Shown here: in pieces, positions 37,761-51,499 of the stretch
Layout of the letters: each line of letters begins with the position of its first letter
Numbering within the stretch: the stretch's first letter is position 1
Position numbers and translations under genes: made by a program
The notes under the pieces: model-generated
Told to the model about the DNA's origin: nothing
What the model saw: only the letters and a program-made list of their open reading frames with translations
Database searches by the model: none
Origin: Podarcis gaigeae
Lineage: Eukaryota
Assembly (NCBI GenBank): GCA_964106915.2
Contig: OZ066922.1
Reading direction: 5' to 3' (one strand)
Length of the DNA: 64,000 nucleotides

Positions 37761-40700
37761 ACTATTTTCTGGCCCAGAAAGCAAAAGAATGTGGTTTTGC
37801 ACTTTAGGGATATCACTTGTGTTTGCATCATGAATTCACCCACATTGCTTTCATAACTGGATCTTAGAATCATAGCGTTAAAGGCTCCAGATTTGCTTCC
37901 TTGGTGTATGGTTGGCACCTCCTTCTCTAGAAAGCCTCCTGTGCTTTTAACTGCTTATGACAGGAAGACATTTAGCAGGTGCAACTTCTAGCATAGCAGA
38001 AGTTTTGTGTGTTGAAATTCTTTTGGTCACACAGCTGTTAAAGTTGCCCGAACCTTGCTAGAAAAGAAAATGGGAGCATACCCTGCTTTTTGGTGGTAAT
38101 AATAATAAGTACTAATAATGTTGACTAGAGGAAAAAATGCAGTTGTTCTTAGCTATGGTTAGTAACAACAAGCCAACTTCAAGCAATCATTTGTGAAGAT
38201 GGCTTGTTTTCACTAACCATAGTCAAATTTAAGCATGTTTAGGATTCAGACAACATGCTAAACTGTGGTTAAGTGGGGGAGGGAAGAGGAGGAGGAGAGC
38301 ACAAGCCAGAGGGAGGCCACATTCATTCTCATAAGGGCCGATTTTCACCAGTTTCACCATTTTGCTACATCAAATATCAGTGCTTTTTGCAAAACACATG
38401 GCCCCTGTAGGCATAGGTTATAGAGGTTTTGCTTCAAGGGCCTGTTGAATGCTAGCTATTTGGAAACCACATAACTGCCCATGATGCCAATGTAACATTA
38501 GCAGCCCTGGATACTTAAATGCATCACAGACTTGTTTTTTCAATTGATGAGTTCCTCCAAAAAGATAACAGAAGAGGGAAAGAAAGGCACCAAACACAGG
38601 ATCAAAAGGGGAGGAGACTTCAAAAGCATACAGAAAAGAATGCGGTCCTCAATGCATTTATTCCTCTCTTTCAAAAAGGGACCAAAACTGCATTTTGAAG
38701 TATCTCAAAAAGCAGGGGAAGGCACGGTGTGGAATAGTTTGAAATCAGGGTTGACCCTGAGAAAGAATAGTTATACTAAAAATGTGTTGGGTAATAAATT
38801 ATCTTCCGCACAGCTTTTGAGAGCTCCTGCCTTATCATTCCTCTAGCAAGCTAAACCCCAATTCCTCCACTTTCCAAGAGCTCTGCTGCTTTCCTCTGTT
38901 TATGGAGAAAAATGTAAGGAAGTTAGCTGTCAAAGCCAGGAGGTACACAGAATTCCTTGTGCTCATATGTTTTTACTCTTCAGAATGTATATTATTTTTA
39001 GCAGTAGCTTTAGAAATATGTACTTAGAAATAATACCAAAAAATATGTATTTGATCCTAAAAGGCGCTTTGTATCAAACAGGTGTGCTATTTCAAACGTC
39101 TCAAAACAGAAGTTGAAAGTTCTATATTTTAGTATGCCATGTGTCAAAATCTATAGGTATTTATTTTGCAAAATTTATACACTGCCTGTTTGTAAAAACA
39201 ACAGTGACCTCAAAGCAGTTCACCAAATAACATCAAATAAAAAATACTTTAAAACATATAAAAAGTAAAAATACCAAAACAGGTTTAAAACTCACACCAA
39301 TATATTTAAAGCCTCTGGGTAAGCTTGCCTAGACAAGAATGCTTTTACCAGGCATCATAGGTATGATGATGCTTATTCTTCATCTTGAGTTAGAGGCTCC
39401 TAAGCCAACTCAGAGTTTGACTATTATAGAAAGCCCCTCCCCTCCAAAACAAACAAGCAAACCCTGCAGCCATCCGTGCTGGGGTTGTGGCACAGGAAGA
39501 AGAGGCAACACCAACTGCCTTCCTCTCTACTTCCTGGCTACTGTCAACAGCAGTGCATGATGCCTGGGAAACTGGAACACCACAACAAGATGGGAAGGGA
39601 AGTCATGGGAGAGCCACTTTGAGAGTAGAGAGGCACAGAATCTCTTTACTTGGGATCCCCTGTATCTTGTGAGATTTGGAGGCGAAAATACAGGGAGGCC
39701 TATATAAGGCCTTATCACATGTGGCTTGGCCTCAGTTGACCAGAGATTCCAGGCAAGCAGTCTGCAAACATAGATAGGTGCACTGCTCACCAGAACAAGC
39801 TGAAGCTGCCATTTACCACATAACCATATTGATGGTACTTCCCAATGCTTGCTTTTAACTTTAAATAATATGTGGGAGATCCAGTTGAGGACCTCTCTCA
39901 GTGCCCAGTCTAGTTTGGCCCCAAGTCCAGGGTAAAAAAGAGGAGCAAATACATTTTTAAAGATGTCATATTGATACCTTGACAAAGTGCTTTGCTTTAT
40001 TCAGTATGTCAGAAAGCAGCATGGATATCTGTCATTTCATCAAAGGAAGGCTATCAAATGTTGCTTGTTACAAGGAACTGCCCACCCAAGAGGCCCATAT
40101 TGCACAGGGTTGGGTGTGCAATTCATAATTGACAGACATTTTTCTATGTTGGGTTTGTCACATCATTGATTGAAAAGTATCAATTACTTGGAGGGGAAAT
40201 AGAGCTGTTTTGGGGGGGGGCAGCCCTTGTTTTGTTGAGCCCTTTCAGTTATTTCTGAGTCTGTTTTTGGCTCTCAAGGTGCTTATATTCCATGTTCTCT
40301 GTCAAAATAACTCTCAGTAAGGCTTACAACTAGTGCAGTTTTATGAAATTCTGCAAGAAAAAATAAAATCTAAAATGAGACATCACTGAAACAGCTGAGC
40401 AACATGAGTGCTGCATCAAAAAAAACTCTAAATGTTTTTCAGTACTGAATGTTAGCTCATACATGTCCATCCCTGAAATATATTTAGAGCACTTTTTCCT
40501 TTAAAACAAATTATGATTTTTCCCAACATCTGTTTGTATGCATGTTGCATGCATGAGTACAGTTGCGCAAATTCTGCGTTTTTAAAGAAGAAAACCCCAT
40601 ACCTTCAGCTGACAGTTTGTAGTCCTCCCCCAAAAGCATATAAAGAGAGGAGGCATGTGTAAATTAGTACCAGGACAAAAAGTGGAGATATGTATCCAGG

Positions 40701-40878
40701 GTTCTATTTTTGATTGAGACCTCAGTTGCCTCTTTATTTATGCACACACAACTTATTACATTTTGACAGTGCAGATCAAGTAACACAATTTTTTACTGTC
40801 CTGCTTACACACATAGCTGTATGGAGTTGCTGTATTACTTTTTGGGGGGACAGCTTTTAAAATATGTATAGTGTATAG

Positions 40879-41130
40879 CAGGGGTGGGCAACCTAAGGTC
40901 CGTGGGCCGGATGTGGCCCAATCGCCTTCTAAATCCGGCCTGCGTACAGTCCGGGAATCAGCATGTTTTTACATGAATAGAATATGTCCTTTTATTTAAA
41001 ATGCATCTCTGGGTTATTTGGGGGGCATAGGAACTTGTTCATTATTTTTTTTCCAAAATACAGTCCGGCCCACCACATGGTCAGAGGGACGGTGGACCAG
41101 CCCACAGCTGAAAAAGGTTGCTGACCCGTG
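40879..41130. mobile_element. hAT-Charlie non-autonomous element, 252 bp
   Basis: Ends CAGGGGTGGGCAACCT / AGGTTGCTGACCCGTG; TSD GTGTATAG/GTGTATGG. Confidence 0.85.
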
Positions 41131-41274
41131 GTGTATGGGCTTACCTTATTACAAAAATCAGAAAGGCAACATTGGCTCACCAGCCTGTTATCAGGCTCTG
41201 GTGGGTTACCAGGATTCTGCACAGATGTTGTGCCAGTTGGCAAGTTAACAAACTAGTTGAACGAACCTGTTTCA

Positions 41275-41621
41275 CAGAATCAGAATTATAGAGTTGGAAG
41301 GGATCCCAATGGCATCTAGTTCAACCCCCTGCAGTGCATCAACAGCAGCTAAGGAATCCCTGACAGATGACCATCCAACCTCTATTTAAAAATCTCCAAT
41401 GGAGAGTCCACCACCTTTTGAAGTAGTCCATTCCCCTGTCTTACTGTCAAAGTTATTCCTTAATGTTTAGTCAGAATCTCCATTCTTCTCATTTGAATTC
41501 AGTGATCCAGATTCTATGCTCTGGAGCAGCAGAAACAAGCTTGCTCCATCATCCATATGATGGCCCTTCAGATATATTTGAAGATTGCTATCATATCACA
41601 TCGCAGTCATCTCTTCTTCAG
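41275..41621 (-). mobile_element. CR1 LINE 3' fragment
   Basis: cagaatcagaattatagagttggaaggga...catctagttcaaccccctgca is the reverse complement of the typical CR1 3' end. Confidence 0.8.
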
Positions 41622-43456
41622 TCCCTTTGGGTTCCATCAGTCAACCAGCTGCAGTTGTACACAATGTTAGATTGTGTCAAAAGCTTATCTACATGTAAGT
41701 CTAGATCTAGGACATTCTCCACAAATTTCTGTAGCAGTTCCTTTTAGTCATAATAACTAAATGGAGTCTCCATATTCAGAGACACCTGTGAGCTAGATGC
41801 CTTCCTATTATCCATGCCCTTCCCCCCCCAAAAAAAATACATTTGACTCAATTCAGATGGAATGATCTCAATCTGATAAATTATGGTTTGTTGAACTAAA
41901 AATGAGGGTTATGCCACAGTGCTTCCTTCCTACCTTAGTGCAAGACTTCCAGAGTTTTCTGTTATATCCAGTTTCCTATATACATATAAACAGTGCTTTA
42001 TACACAGGCTGCAGTCCTCTTGTTTGTGAACTGGTGCAATCTGTGGTTAGCAATTTTTGCTAGCCTTAACCACAGTTCTCTGATTTTTATGTAAGGAGTT
42101 CTGGAAACCTTGCATCAAATCATTCAGGGGAGAGAGAGAGAGAGAGAGAGAGAGCAGAAATTCTTGTTTGTTGCTGCCCTCTACAGCACAATAAGTGAAT
42201 CAAAAGGATGTGTCCCATGATGACTGTGGGGAAAGGGCTGCTTTATTTGACTATGTATTGATGATGCTCTAAAATGTTGTTCATCACTTTAAAGAGTTGC
42301 ACACTAAAGACAGACCCTCAGTGGAAGCACCTAATCAGCTGTAGCTGCCTTCTTCACAAACCATCACCACTGGGGGTAAATCAGTGTGCTGAATGAATAT
42401 CAAATTGCCAGGAAAATAAATATGAATAACATATATTTTATTATTTCATTCATGTACTGCCCTTCCTCCAAGGAGCTAGAGGCAGTGTATGTGGTGCATC
42501 CTTCCTTTAATTTTTTTTATTCTCAAAACAACAACATAGGAAATTAGTTGAAAGGAAGTGGTCGAAGGTCACCCGGTGAGCTTTATGGGTTAAAGGGGGT
42601 TTGAACTAGGTCATCTCACTCCAAATTCAACACTCTCTAACTACTTCATCATGATTATTCAGACACCTGATTATTTATTGAAAGGGGACATGGGAATGGG
42701 TGGTTACATTTATTCTCCCATCCCTGAAAAGTCATACATGCTGTCCAAAATTGACAGCACTAGCTGCCTGTCTGGCCAAGTACCATGAACTCACCCTAGA
42801 TGCTGTATATGGCTCCCATCTCTCCAAATAACATTTTTATTCAAGTGTCAGGTAGTGATGCAGAACTTTTCACACAGAGAGACGCACCTGTCAGTACTAT
42901 ATGAGTAGCTTATTTTATAATGGCTGAAGGAGGTGGTTGGGCTGTCATCATCCTGCATACTACTTCAGAATGCTCGACTTCAAAATGCAAAATTAACATG
43001 CTTTTCTTGGGTGGTCCAAATTCTGCCCCAAATCATGCATTTACCTATCATTGAGAGTTACATAGATCCTGAAAAAGAAAGCATATATACTGCATCCCCG
43101 AATGCAACCAAACATGCTTCTATTTGTTGTATAATAGTGCTTTTTAAAAACAGAAACAGCAGCACAAAGTAATCTGATGTAATCTTCTTTAAAACCCATC
43201 ATATTTTCTGTATTGTGTGTACACAACAATCCTTTGGAGGACAAGCTGAAAAGGAGGAGTTCAAACAACCAGTGTGACAACTCTCAAATCAAATCTCACT
43301 TCACCATGAAGTCCCCTCCATCCCTTTGTTTTTGTTTCACTCTTTCTTTCCTATTATTTGTGTTAATGTCTGTGTGTCATCAGTGTGCCATGTCATTTCC
43401 AACACTTTGATCAGTGTGTGCCTTTTCCTCCCCTTTCTCCTTCACAATTCTTCCAG

Positions 43457-43540
43457 ACGGGTCGCATAAACCCAGATGACATAGATTTAGAAAATGAACC
43501 CTGGTATAAATTCTTTTCTGAGCTGGAGTTTGGACGCCCG
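43457..43540 (+). CDS. SORBS2: SORBS2 84-nt cassette exon, phase 0-0: TGRINPDDIDLENEPWYKFFSELEFGRP
   Basis: ttccag|ACG...CCG|gtaagt; the NEPWYKFFSELEFG motif is shared within the SORBS family. Confidence 0.96.
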
Positions 43541-44572
43541 GTAAGTGAGGCTAGAATATTAATAGATAAACTTTAGGAAATAAGATGCAGTTTATACTTT
43601 TCTAGATCAAATTGCCTAGATTCCAGACATGCTTCAGTAACTTAAAAAAGGAATAATAGATGCACACCGTCAAAGGTCTCGTGTGTTAGATATTGTGGTT
43701 GTGGTATATACATTTGGAATGTTTGAAGAAAATCCACTAAAGCTCAGAGAATGTTTCATAATAATGGCTCACCAAACTGAACTTCCTTTAATAGTTTTTC
43801 CTGAGCCCTTTACTATTGAAAACAGAGATGATCACTAATTTGGAGTACTGATTCCTGAGACTAATATCTAGATGACAAGAAAAACATAGTATGTTACACT
43901 TTTTATTAAAGTTTTACTATGCTTGTTTAGATTTAATAATGAAATTGATCATTACTCTAATTAGACCCTAAGAGATCTTCTGTCATAGTTGCAGAAACAC
44001 AAAATCAGTGATAATGAAATAAGTAGAGAAAGAGACCACCATCTTCCACACTGCACCACAATGTTAACAGAAATGCCAAATACAGAGGATGAGTATGTCT
44101 GGGTCTGTACCTTAGTCTGGTAGGTGATGATCAGTGTAGTTTGTATCAGAATTCAAAGAGCAAATTACCGAAGCATCCCTAGCTGTTCATTCAAGTCCAA
44201 CGAAATGAATGAAGGTAGAAGGGAGAGAAGCAGAACTTTGCACCCCAGAACACTTTTCCCTCACCCTAAAAATCAGCAGAGATCTAAATAGGAGCTGGTG
44301 ATATATTTGAATGGTTTTTCTTGACATTTGTTTGTCTTGTAAGAATTAAGGCGGCTGATTTTAAACTAGGCAAGGGTTTAATAAGATGGTTGTATACTTT
44401 CTGTTGCACATTCTCCACATTCACTATTCCCCACATTTTTGTTATGTTTGTGCCACTCTTGTAATCTGTCCACACTCAGTTTCTAACTATGTTCACCTTC
44501 TCCACATGTTCCATTCCTTGCTGCCATTGATTCTCCTCCATTTCATCTCGCAATTCTGCTAAAATGATGCAG

Positions 44573-44629
44573 CCTCCTAAAAAGCTTTTGGATTATGTTC
44601 AAGACAATCCTCCAGGTCTTTCCAATGAG
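44573..44629 (+). CDS. SORBS2: SORBS2 57-nt cassette exon, phase 0-0: PPKKLLDYVQDNPPGLSNE
   Basis: gatgcag|CCT...GAG|gtaaat; matches recalled PPKKPLDYVQDHSSGVFNE. Confidence 0.92.
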
Positions 44630-46993
44630 GTAAATTAAGCATGTTTCTTCTTTCAATGATTAAAACTCGGGAACGGCATACATCATGAGTTCTCTTTCGC
44701 TTGGTTTCTATGTAGTGCTCACAGACACAACTCCCTATAAACAGCCCTTCTAATTAAGTACAATTATAACTCGGTTTCTTTCTAGCATCAGTGGAGGGTC
44801 CCTCATACGGGCAATGGGGCAGCACACTGCACTCTCTTGTCCTGACTTGTGCATACAAGACATACTTGCTTCTCCACAAAGGTCCATTCTGACTGCTGCA
44901 CATGCTCATTGCTCTTCTTCTGACCTGTTCTGTGTCTTGCCGCCGCCTCTGTGCCTTCCCCTCTTTCTCTCAAGGGAAAGAACTAGGTGGTGTTGTTCTT
45001 CAGTGTGAAATTGCCTTAAGCAGGATGTCCAGGTCCAGTGCTCTACTTATTTACCCTGGAATTTCTGGGATTTGCACAGTGGACACAAATCAGGACACAG
45101 GGGTTGGAGTTTTGGTGGAATGTTGTTGCTGGTGGCTGCTCCCAGCAAGTCATGTTGCCTAAGAGTACAGCTAGGCAGCAGCAAGAGAGGGAGAGGTTGG
45201 TAGCTGGCATCTCTCAGCAGACCAGTGGCACATGTGAGAGAAATGGATTGGAGGAATCAAGACAAGGAAAAGCAGATACTAGGCAACTTGGCAGTGGCCC
45301 CTCTCTCTAATCCAGCAGCATAGAAAGTAGAAGGCAGTTCTTGTCATCTAGAATAGACAATATGCACATCCTCCAATTTGAGAGCTTTGGTATCCTTCGT
45401 GTATTAGAATGTAACAGAGTGTAGCAGTATGAATATTTTACAGTTTAGCAGGACCAGAAAATGAGCCTTCAAAATAAAACAAACAGGACTGTTTTGGTAA
45501 TATTCAAATACCTCGATGGTGTTCTCCAGGTACCGTTAACTTGCATTATTGTATATCTCCTTTTCACTTTTAAAAATAAAATTTGGTGATGATTTGGTGA
45601 TGCATTTTGCAGCTGCAAATGACAGCTGCAAATCAGTTAGCACCTGCCCCCGAACAGGCAATTTATAATGAGTAAATTAGTTTGCTCAATGTCACAAAGA
45701 TTGTGAAAACAGTTTTCCCTTGAGACATTAAATTCAGCAGGAAATGTATTTCCACCTTGCTTAAAGGAAAATGAGGCCTATTTATTTTAGAAAATGCAAA
45801 GTTAAACAGTTCTGACGTTTTCTCTCTCTTTTGTTGTCAGTTTAAAACAAGGCAGTGGTTTAAGATTTCCATGAGACAGCAAGAAAAGATAGGGACAGCA
45901 TCGAGGGGGTGGAATGGGAAGCAATTTGAAGAAACATTTAAAATGCTGAATCATTTCCTGAAGCGATTCTAAATAGAGTAGCCAACATATTTTGCCCCTA
46001 TCAAAATACAAGACAGATATGGAGGTTTCTGTATGTCTGAGGAAATCTTGAGGGAAACTTAGTACCCTGCATTGCAGAAAGTTGGACTAGATGACCCTCG
46101 AGCTCTACAATTCTATGATTAGCCAAATTTCTTGGAAATGTGTGGCTTTCATATCTCTTCATTGTTCATGAAATGCAGTATAAGCAACATTTGAAATTAT
46201 GTGGGCGGTCGTATGTAGGCGATTTTACACATTCAGGCAAGAATCTTGGCTTAAGGAAATGTTTTGTGCATGAGATGGATGCAGGCTGGCCCTACCTTTA
46301 GGCAGAGTGAGGCATAGGGAATAGCCACAAGGTTCTAAAGAATAGAGCAGTGCATACCATACAGCTTGCCGTTTCCCCCAGGTGGGGTAGACCATACTGT
46401 CCTACTGCAAGTGTTAACATAAGATTCAGCTGCCTGTCAAATGAGCTTCTGGAGATAGAATCTTAGCCTTCACTCCCAGCAGTAAAATGGAATTGGTCAG
46501 CCCTGGCTGCATGCTGATGCACAAGCAGTTAAACAAAACAGGAAAGGTATCACTTAATATTCATTTAAACCCAGAAGGATGGTTTATTTCTCTTAACAAA
46601 TCAACCTTAAATCAAGGTTTGTTCTTGGTTTATGAATCCTGGCTTGTTAGGGAGAAACAAACCACTATTCTATATTGTTAAGTAAGCTATCACCTTCATT
46701 ATTTGTTTATTCATTTCCATGAAGCAATGAAATTGGTGACTAAACTCAAATAATTTTTTCACATCTCCAATTCTAAAGCTTTTTTCTCTGCAAACTCCAC
46801 TGGAATAATTCTCATTTCATCATATGCTGAAGACACATTTCTTTACCTTGGTCTTTGATACCTGAGAGTTGTTTTAGGACCTACCCTATTCTTTTTTGAT
46901 AGACATTTGCTTAAACTGATTTTAATATTATTTTATATTTTTTAAAACTTGCCCTGGGACCTTATGGTGGAGGGTGGGTAAGAAATCTAAATA

Positions 46994-47172
46994 CCGTATT
47001 TACTAGAGTCTAATGTGCCATCGAATCAAATGCACACCTCAATTTTCAGAACCTTGAAACCAAAAAAAGTATTTGCTGACAAATGTAAATGTGCTATTGA
47101 ATCCAATGCAAACCTTAATTTTTGTAACATAATTTGGCAAAAAAGGTGATCATTAGATTTGAGTAAATACAG
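46994..47172. mobile_element. Tc1/mariner (Tc2-like) MITE
   Basis: TA|CCGTATTTACT...AGTAAATACAG|TA. Confidence 0.7.
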
Positions 47173-47462
47173 TAATAATAAATAATAATAATACACATAG
47201 TGTCTTGTCTCATCAGCATCTATTTCCTGATCAAATTGCTGTGTGTGAACTTTATTAAAATGTTACACTTTTAAAGTGCATACTAAATTTATGTTGATCA
47301 TTTTCTAGGTTTCAAATGCATTTCTATTATGTTCAAAGATACTACTTCTCTGCCTTTAAAATATGATCTTGGATACTTGTTGATAACGACTTCTGCATAA
47401 CTTGGTTTCCAAGGGAAAAATTTGGAGATGTTGAAAATGTGTATGCTGCTTTGGAATTTTAG

Positions 47463-47867
47463 CTCCCACAGGAGGCAGTGATGGCCACCAACTTTGATGG
47501 CTTTAAAAGAGGGTTATAATAATAATAATTTTATTATTTATACCCCGCCTATCTGGCTGGGTTTCCCCAGTCACTCTGGGCGGCTACCAAGAGAACACTA
47601 AAAACAGAATAAGACTTCAAACATTAAAAACTTCCCTAAACAGGGAAATTCGTGGAGGAAATGGCTATTGATGGCTACTAGTCACAGTGACTATGGTCTA
47701 CCTCCACAGTTGGAGGCAGTAGGTCTCTGAATACCAGTTTCTGAGATCTGAAGGAGAGGAGGTACACTTAGGTCTTGCTTGTGGGCTTCCCACAGACCTC
47801 TGTGAAAAATGGATGCTGGACTAGATGGGCCACTGGCCTGATCCAGCAGGCTCTTCTTATGTACTTA
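47463..47867 (+). mobile_element. CR1 LINE 3' end interrupted by a nested insertion
   Basis: gatggctttaaaagagggtta ... ggactagatgggccactggcctgatccagcaggctcttcttatgtactta tail. Confidence 0.75.
47517..47644 (-). mobile_element. Short LINE (L2-like) 3' end nested in the CR1
   Basis: (taa)n-ttattatttataccccgcctatctggctgggtttccccagtcactctgggcggct interrupts the CR1 sequence. Confidence 0.6.
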
Positions 47868-47928
47868 AATATCTCTGATAGATCTTGTTCTTGGGTAACA
47901 GATTACTTTTGTGTCTTGTTACTGAGGA

Positions 47929-48095
47929 GGGACTGTAGCTCAGTAGTGGAGCTCATGCTCCACATTCAGAAGGTGCCAGGTTTAATTCCTAGCTTCTCCA
48001 GCTGGCAGGTGATGGGAAAGGCCTGATACCCTGGAGGTCCATTGTCTGTCAGAATGGACAAAACTGGCAGCTAGCACATAACAACTTCCTTTGTT
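47929..48095 (+). mobile_element. tRNA-headed squamate SINE, decayed
   Basis: gggactgtagctcagtagtggagc (A-box) ... ggtttaattcc (B-box) followed by a SINE body. Confidence 0.7.
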
Positions 48096-49402
48096 TCTGT
48101 GTTCTACTATACAATGCATTTGTAATGAATGCCAGTTGTGGTAAAAGACCTTGATGTCAGTAGTCAGCATGTTTAGGGATCTGGAAAGTGTCTGCAGATT
48201 GGCAGGGACTCACTGCTGACTGGATCCCCCAGAATAGCTACTAACACTATAAGAGGCAGAGCAGATTCAGCAGTCCACTGGCCTTGTCTCCTGCTGGGCT
48301 CCCAGTCCCCACTGTTAGGGTGGTGCACAGCAACAAGGAGGAGGACAGAACACAGGAATAGTCTGGTGCCCAGGCTCAATAAATTCTGGAGTTCATTCTG
48401 GGTGGGTGGTGATGCAAAATCTCTTTTGCTGTCTCTCTCGGCACAGCAAAACAAGAAATTACTGAAGTGATATATAAGAAAATTAAAACGTAAATACGAA
48501 TACAAGCTCTGCTGTCATTCGCCGAAAGTAAATGAGTTCACCCAGATGCAATGCAATAGCAGATTGCTTCCTATAATACATTTTATGTGTGATTTCAGCC
48601 TGACCTCCTGCTTTTCCACAAAGAACAGTAGCACACAGTGTGAAAATTCTATTTTCAGTTCCTTGGGTCATCTCTGAAATTACATAGCCTGAATGTAAAA
48701 TATGCTTAATATGTGAATGCATAGTTTTGTGCCCATGAAAAGATGTCCCTGGGATAACATGATTCTTTTTCTAGCTCCCACAAACTGTAGTACGATGTGT
48801 GTCTAATTCCAGCGCAAGCTTTCACACCAGTTAAGTGACTAGATTAAAAATAGTGTGTCACTAAGGACTGAACATATATTGACAAGTTTTAAGTATTTGC
48901 ATTCCCAAAGGTCATTCAGCTGTCACTTCTTAAGCAACGCAAAAAGTCTTTAGGTTGGTGGGATCAACTCTGCTCTTAACATGAAGTTAAGAAGGTCACC
49001 AAGTGGCCGTGCAAGTTATAGATGTGTAAGCTATGTATACAGAGAATTTCAAGCTTTCTTTGACATTAATACTTTGGTAAGTAATTATAGGATATCTCAA
49101 GTCTCTCATTTACTGATTGATTGATTGATTGATTGATTAATGTATTTATCTGAGGTTTTATAGCTTCCACCTTTTAGCCAATGTAAATCATAGCACCTAT
49201 CATTTTGGGAACAAGCTTAAAAAGGAACAGTTTGCTGCTTGACCTTTTTAACTTTGAAAGCTGCCTCACTTCTAATTTTTCAAGCTTCTCTCGGTGTGAT
49301 AAATTATGGTGTTCCTATAGTCATTGCATAGTGATTTCTTATGAATTATACCAGTGAAATCCCATATAAAAGGCTAACTGTCTTGCTTGTTTGTGCCTCC
49401 AG

Positions 49403-49452
49403 ACTTCCTTATATTACAGTCCAACAGATAGAGGCTTGGGCAGACCTTCTAG
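49403..49452 (+). CDS. SORBS2: SORBS2 exon, 50 nt: TSLYYSPTDRGLGRPS(S)
   Basis: cctccag|ACT...CTAG|gtaaga; matches recalled ASLYQSSIDRSLERP. Confidence 0.9.
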
Positions 49453-50473
49453 GTAAGAATAACTTTGATCAATGAAAGTAGGGGGGGCTGTACAGAGATT
49501 TCAAGCTCATCTATAGAGCAGCTTGCATTTGAAAGTAACTAGACTTGGTCTTCCTCCTACAGGAAGACATTTCCATATAGCCTTTTTGGGTAAAGCACAG
49601 ACTCCACCCCTCCCTATTTTTGCTATGCCCAGACTGATATGCATGTTTCTGGCTGGGACTCCTTACCTCAGTACAAATCTAATAATCTGTTCTTGTCCCT
49701 TTCTGTTTGAATATGAAGCATAATTTGTCCTGATGCTCCACACACCATCAAATTTTCCTCCTCTCTGTTTTCAGCATCTCCATTGTTTGCATGCTCGTTT
49801 TGTGTTGTTTTTCAAGTGCCAAACCCATGAAGTGAAAGGATGTATGTTGCTGCTAGCCATGTTTATCGTGCATTCAGATTAAGAATAATGTAATCACCAG
49901 CTCTCCATTAGGCTTATGTCTGTAAATTATATAGCAGCAGTAGAAGCCTTCCTTCTTGCCTGGAAACCATGGTTTTGGAAAATGCTTTGAATTTATTAAG
50001 GTACCCCCTAATTGGAAGTGAAAAACAGTCAGGTTACACTGTCACTATCACTGGACTTGTTGCTGTTAGTGTCATGCAGTGCTTCAGGAAGCATTCTGTT
50101 CTTCAACAAAATCATAGTTTGGTCATTATGTTTCACATTTTCCATTCAGTTGCTAAAGTGCAAAAGAGATGCTGTAGGGAACTGGAACTTGTGTTGTATT
50201 GTTTTGTGTTCTGTCAAAAAGAAGAGTCAAGGCCACAAAGTTGTCAACCAACAGACCCCAGCTCTGATTCTTGCCAACTTAAAAGAGCTTGAGACATGTA
50301 AACAAATAAATCGGGATCAAAATGAGATTGTTGTCACACTATTTGGGCTAATCATCTTGTTGTTTAGTTTTTATTAGTAGCACGTAATTAAGTCAGCACT
50401 GGCTGATGAGTACATCACTGAAGTTTTTTTAACACGTCCTGTGCAGTGACACTCATACTGCCTATTTCCTTAG

Positions 50474-50661
50474 TTCAACAAGTACGGCAAGTGACTACAG
50501 GAAAAGAAGGAAGTCTGAGCCAGCAGTACCTCATCAGAAGGCACACAGTGATCAAAATGCAAATCGGGCTAGTGTGGGCCATACAAATACGCAGAGCACA
50601 TATTCTACACTTAGGAAGCCTGTTACAACCTCTTCTCCATCGTCTCCATCAAAAGCAAAAG
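50474..50661 (+). CDS. SORBS2: SORBS2 exon, 188 nt: (S)STSTASDYRKRRKSEPAV...SSPSSPSKAK(G/D)
   Basis: ttccttag|TTCA...AAAG|gtaaga; RKRRKSEP basic motif. Confidence 0.95.
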
Positions 50662-51499
50662 GTAAGAAATTAGCACAGTTGTAAACAGGCTACGATGTAA
50701 TTATACAAACATTCCTTATAAACTGCAAAATATTGTTGAGCTGTTGATGGATGCTGAATGCTATTAGATGGTTAAGCATTCACTGATCTCTCAAATGTCT
50801 ACAAGCAAGAAGTCAAAATTCTGTGCTTATATTTATATTCATCCTCTGGGGTTTGGGTATTTTAAAAAGTTCTCTATATGAAGATTATTGTGTTTTTTGT
50901 TTTTTTTAAAATGCAGTCAGAATTTGTGACTGTAATGTATGACATGCCATTTAATTGCATTTCTTCTGTTGTCTGGACAGAAAAGAATGCTCTATTTTTG
51001 AAGATATAAAGAATGTTATACCTTCTGTCATACACAAGAGTTTGAATGAGGATATGGATCTCAAAAATAAATGGGGGCACACACACACCCCTACATACAA
51101 TAGAAACCTCCTAGTAGGCTATGGCTGTGGCTACTAGAGCATTATAACAACCAACTCTCATTTGTTCACTGTTAAACTGAATCCATCTTACCAAGGTGCA
51201 GCCTCTTAAGGGAAAGATAGTTTAGACGTGTCTAGGTTAGAAGTCTGTCTCTACATTTCTTGCTATGCCTTGCTCTCAGTTTCTGAACAGGAAGTATGGT
51301 TCGACTTGCCTGCTTTGATTGCCCTAAAGAGGTGACATGATCACTGCGTATAAACTCATGGATTTTCATACGGTCAGAAATGAGACAGTCCTGGTAGACA
51401 TGCTGGAAACAGGTGCTCTGTCCTCCCACCGCAACCTATAAAAATATTTAACTGTTAGTAGAAGCATGAGATTCTATTTGCTGAACCTTTAGATTTTAA

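Noticed and set aside
38847-38913. Possible exon ctctag|CAAGCT...AAAAT|gtaagg
   Set aside because: Out of phase, no SORBS-like peptide, weak support
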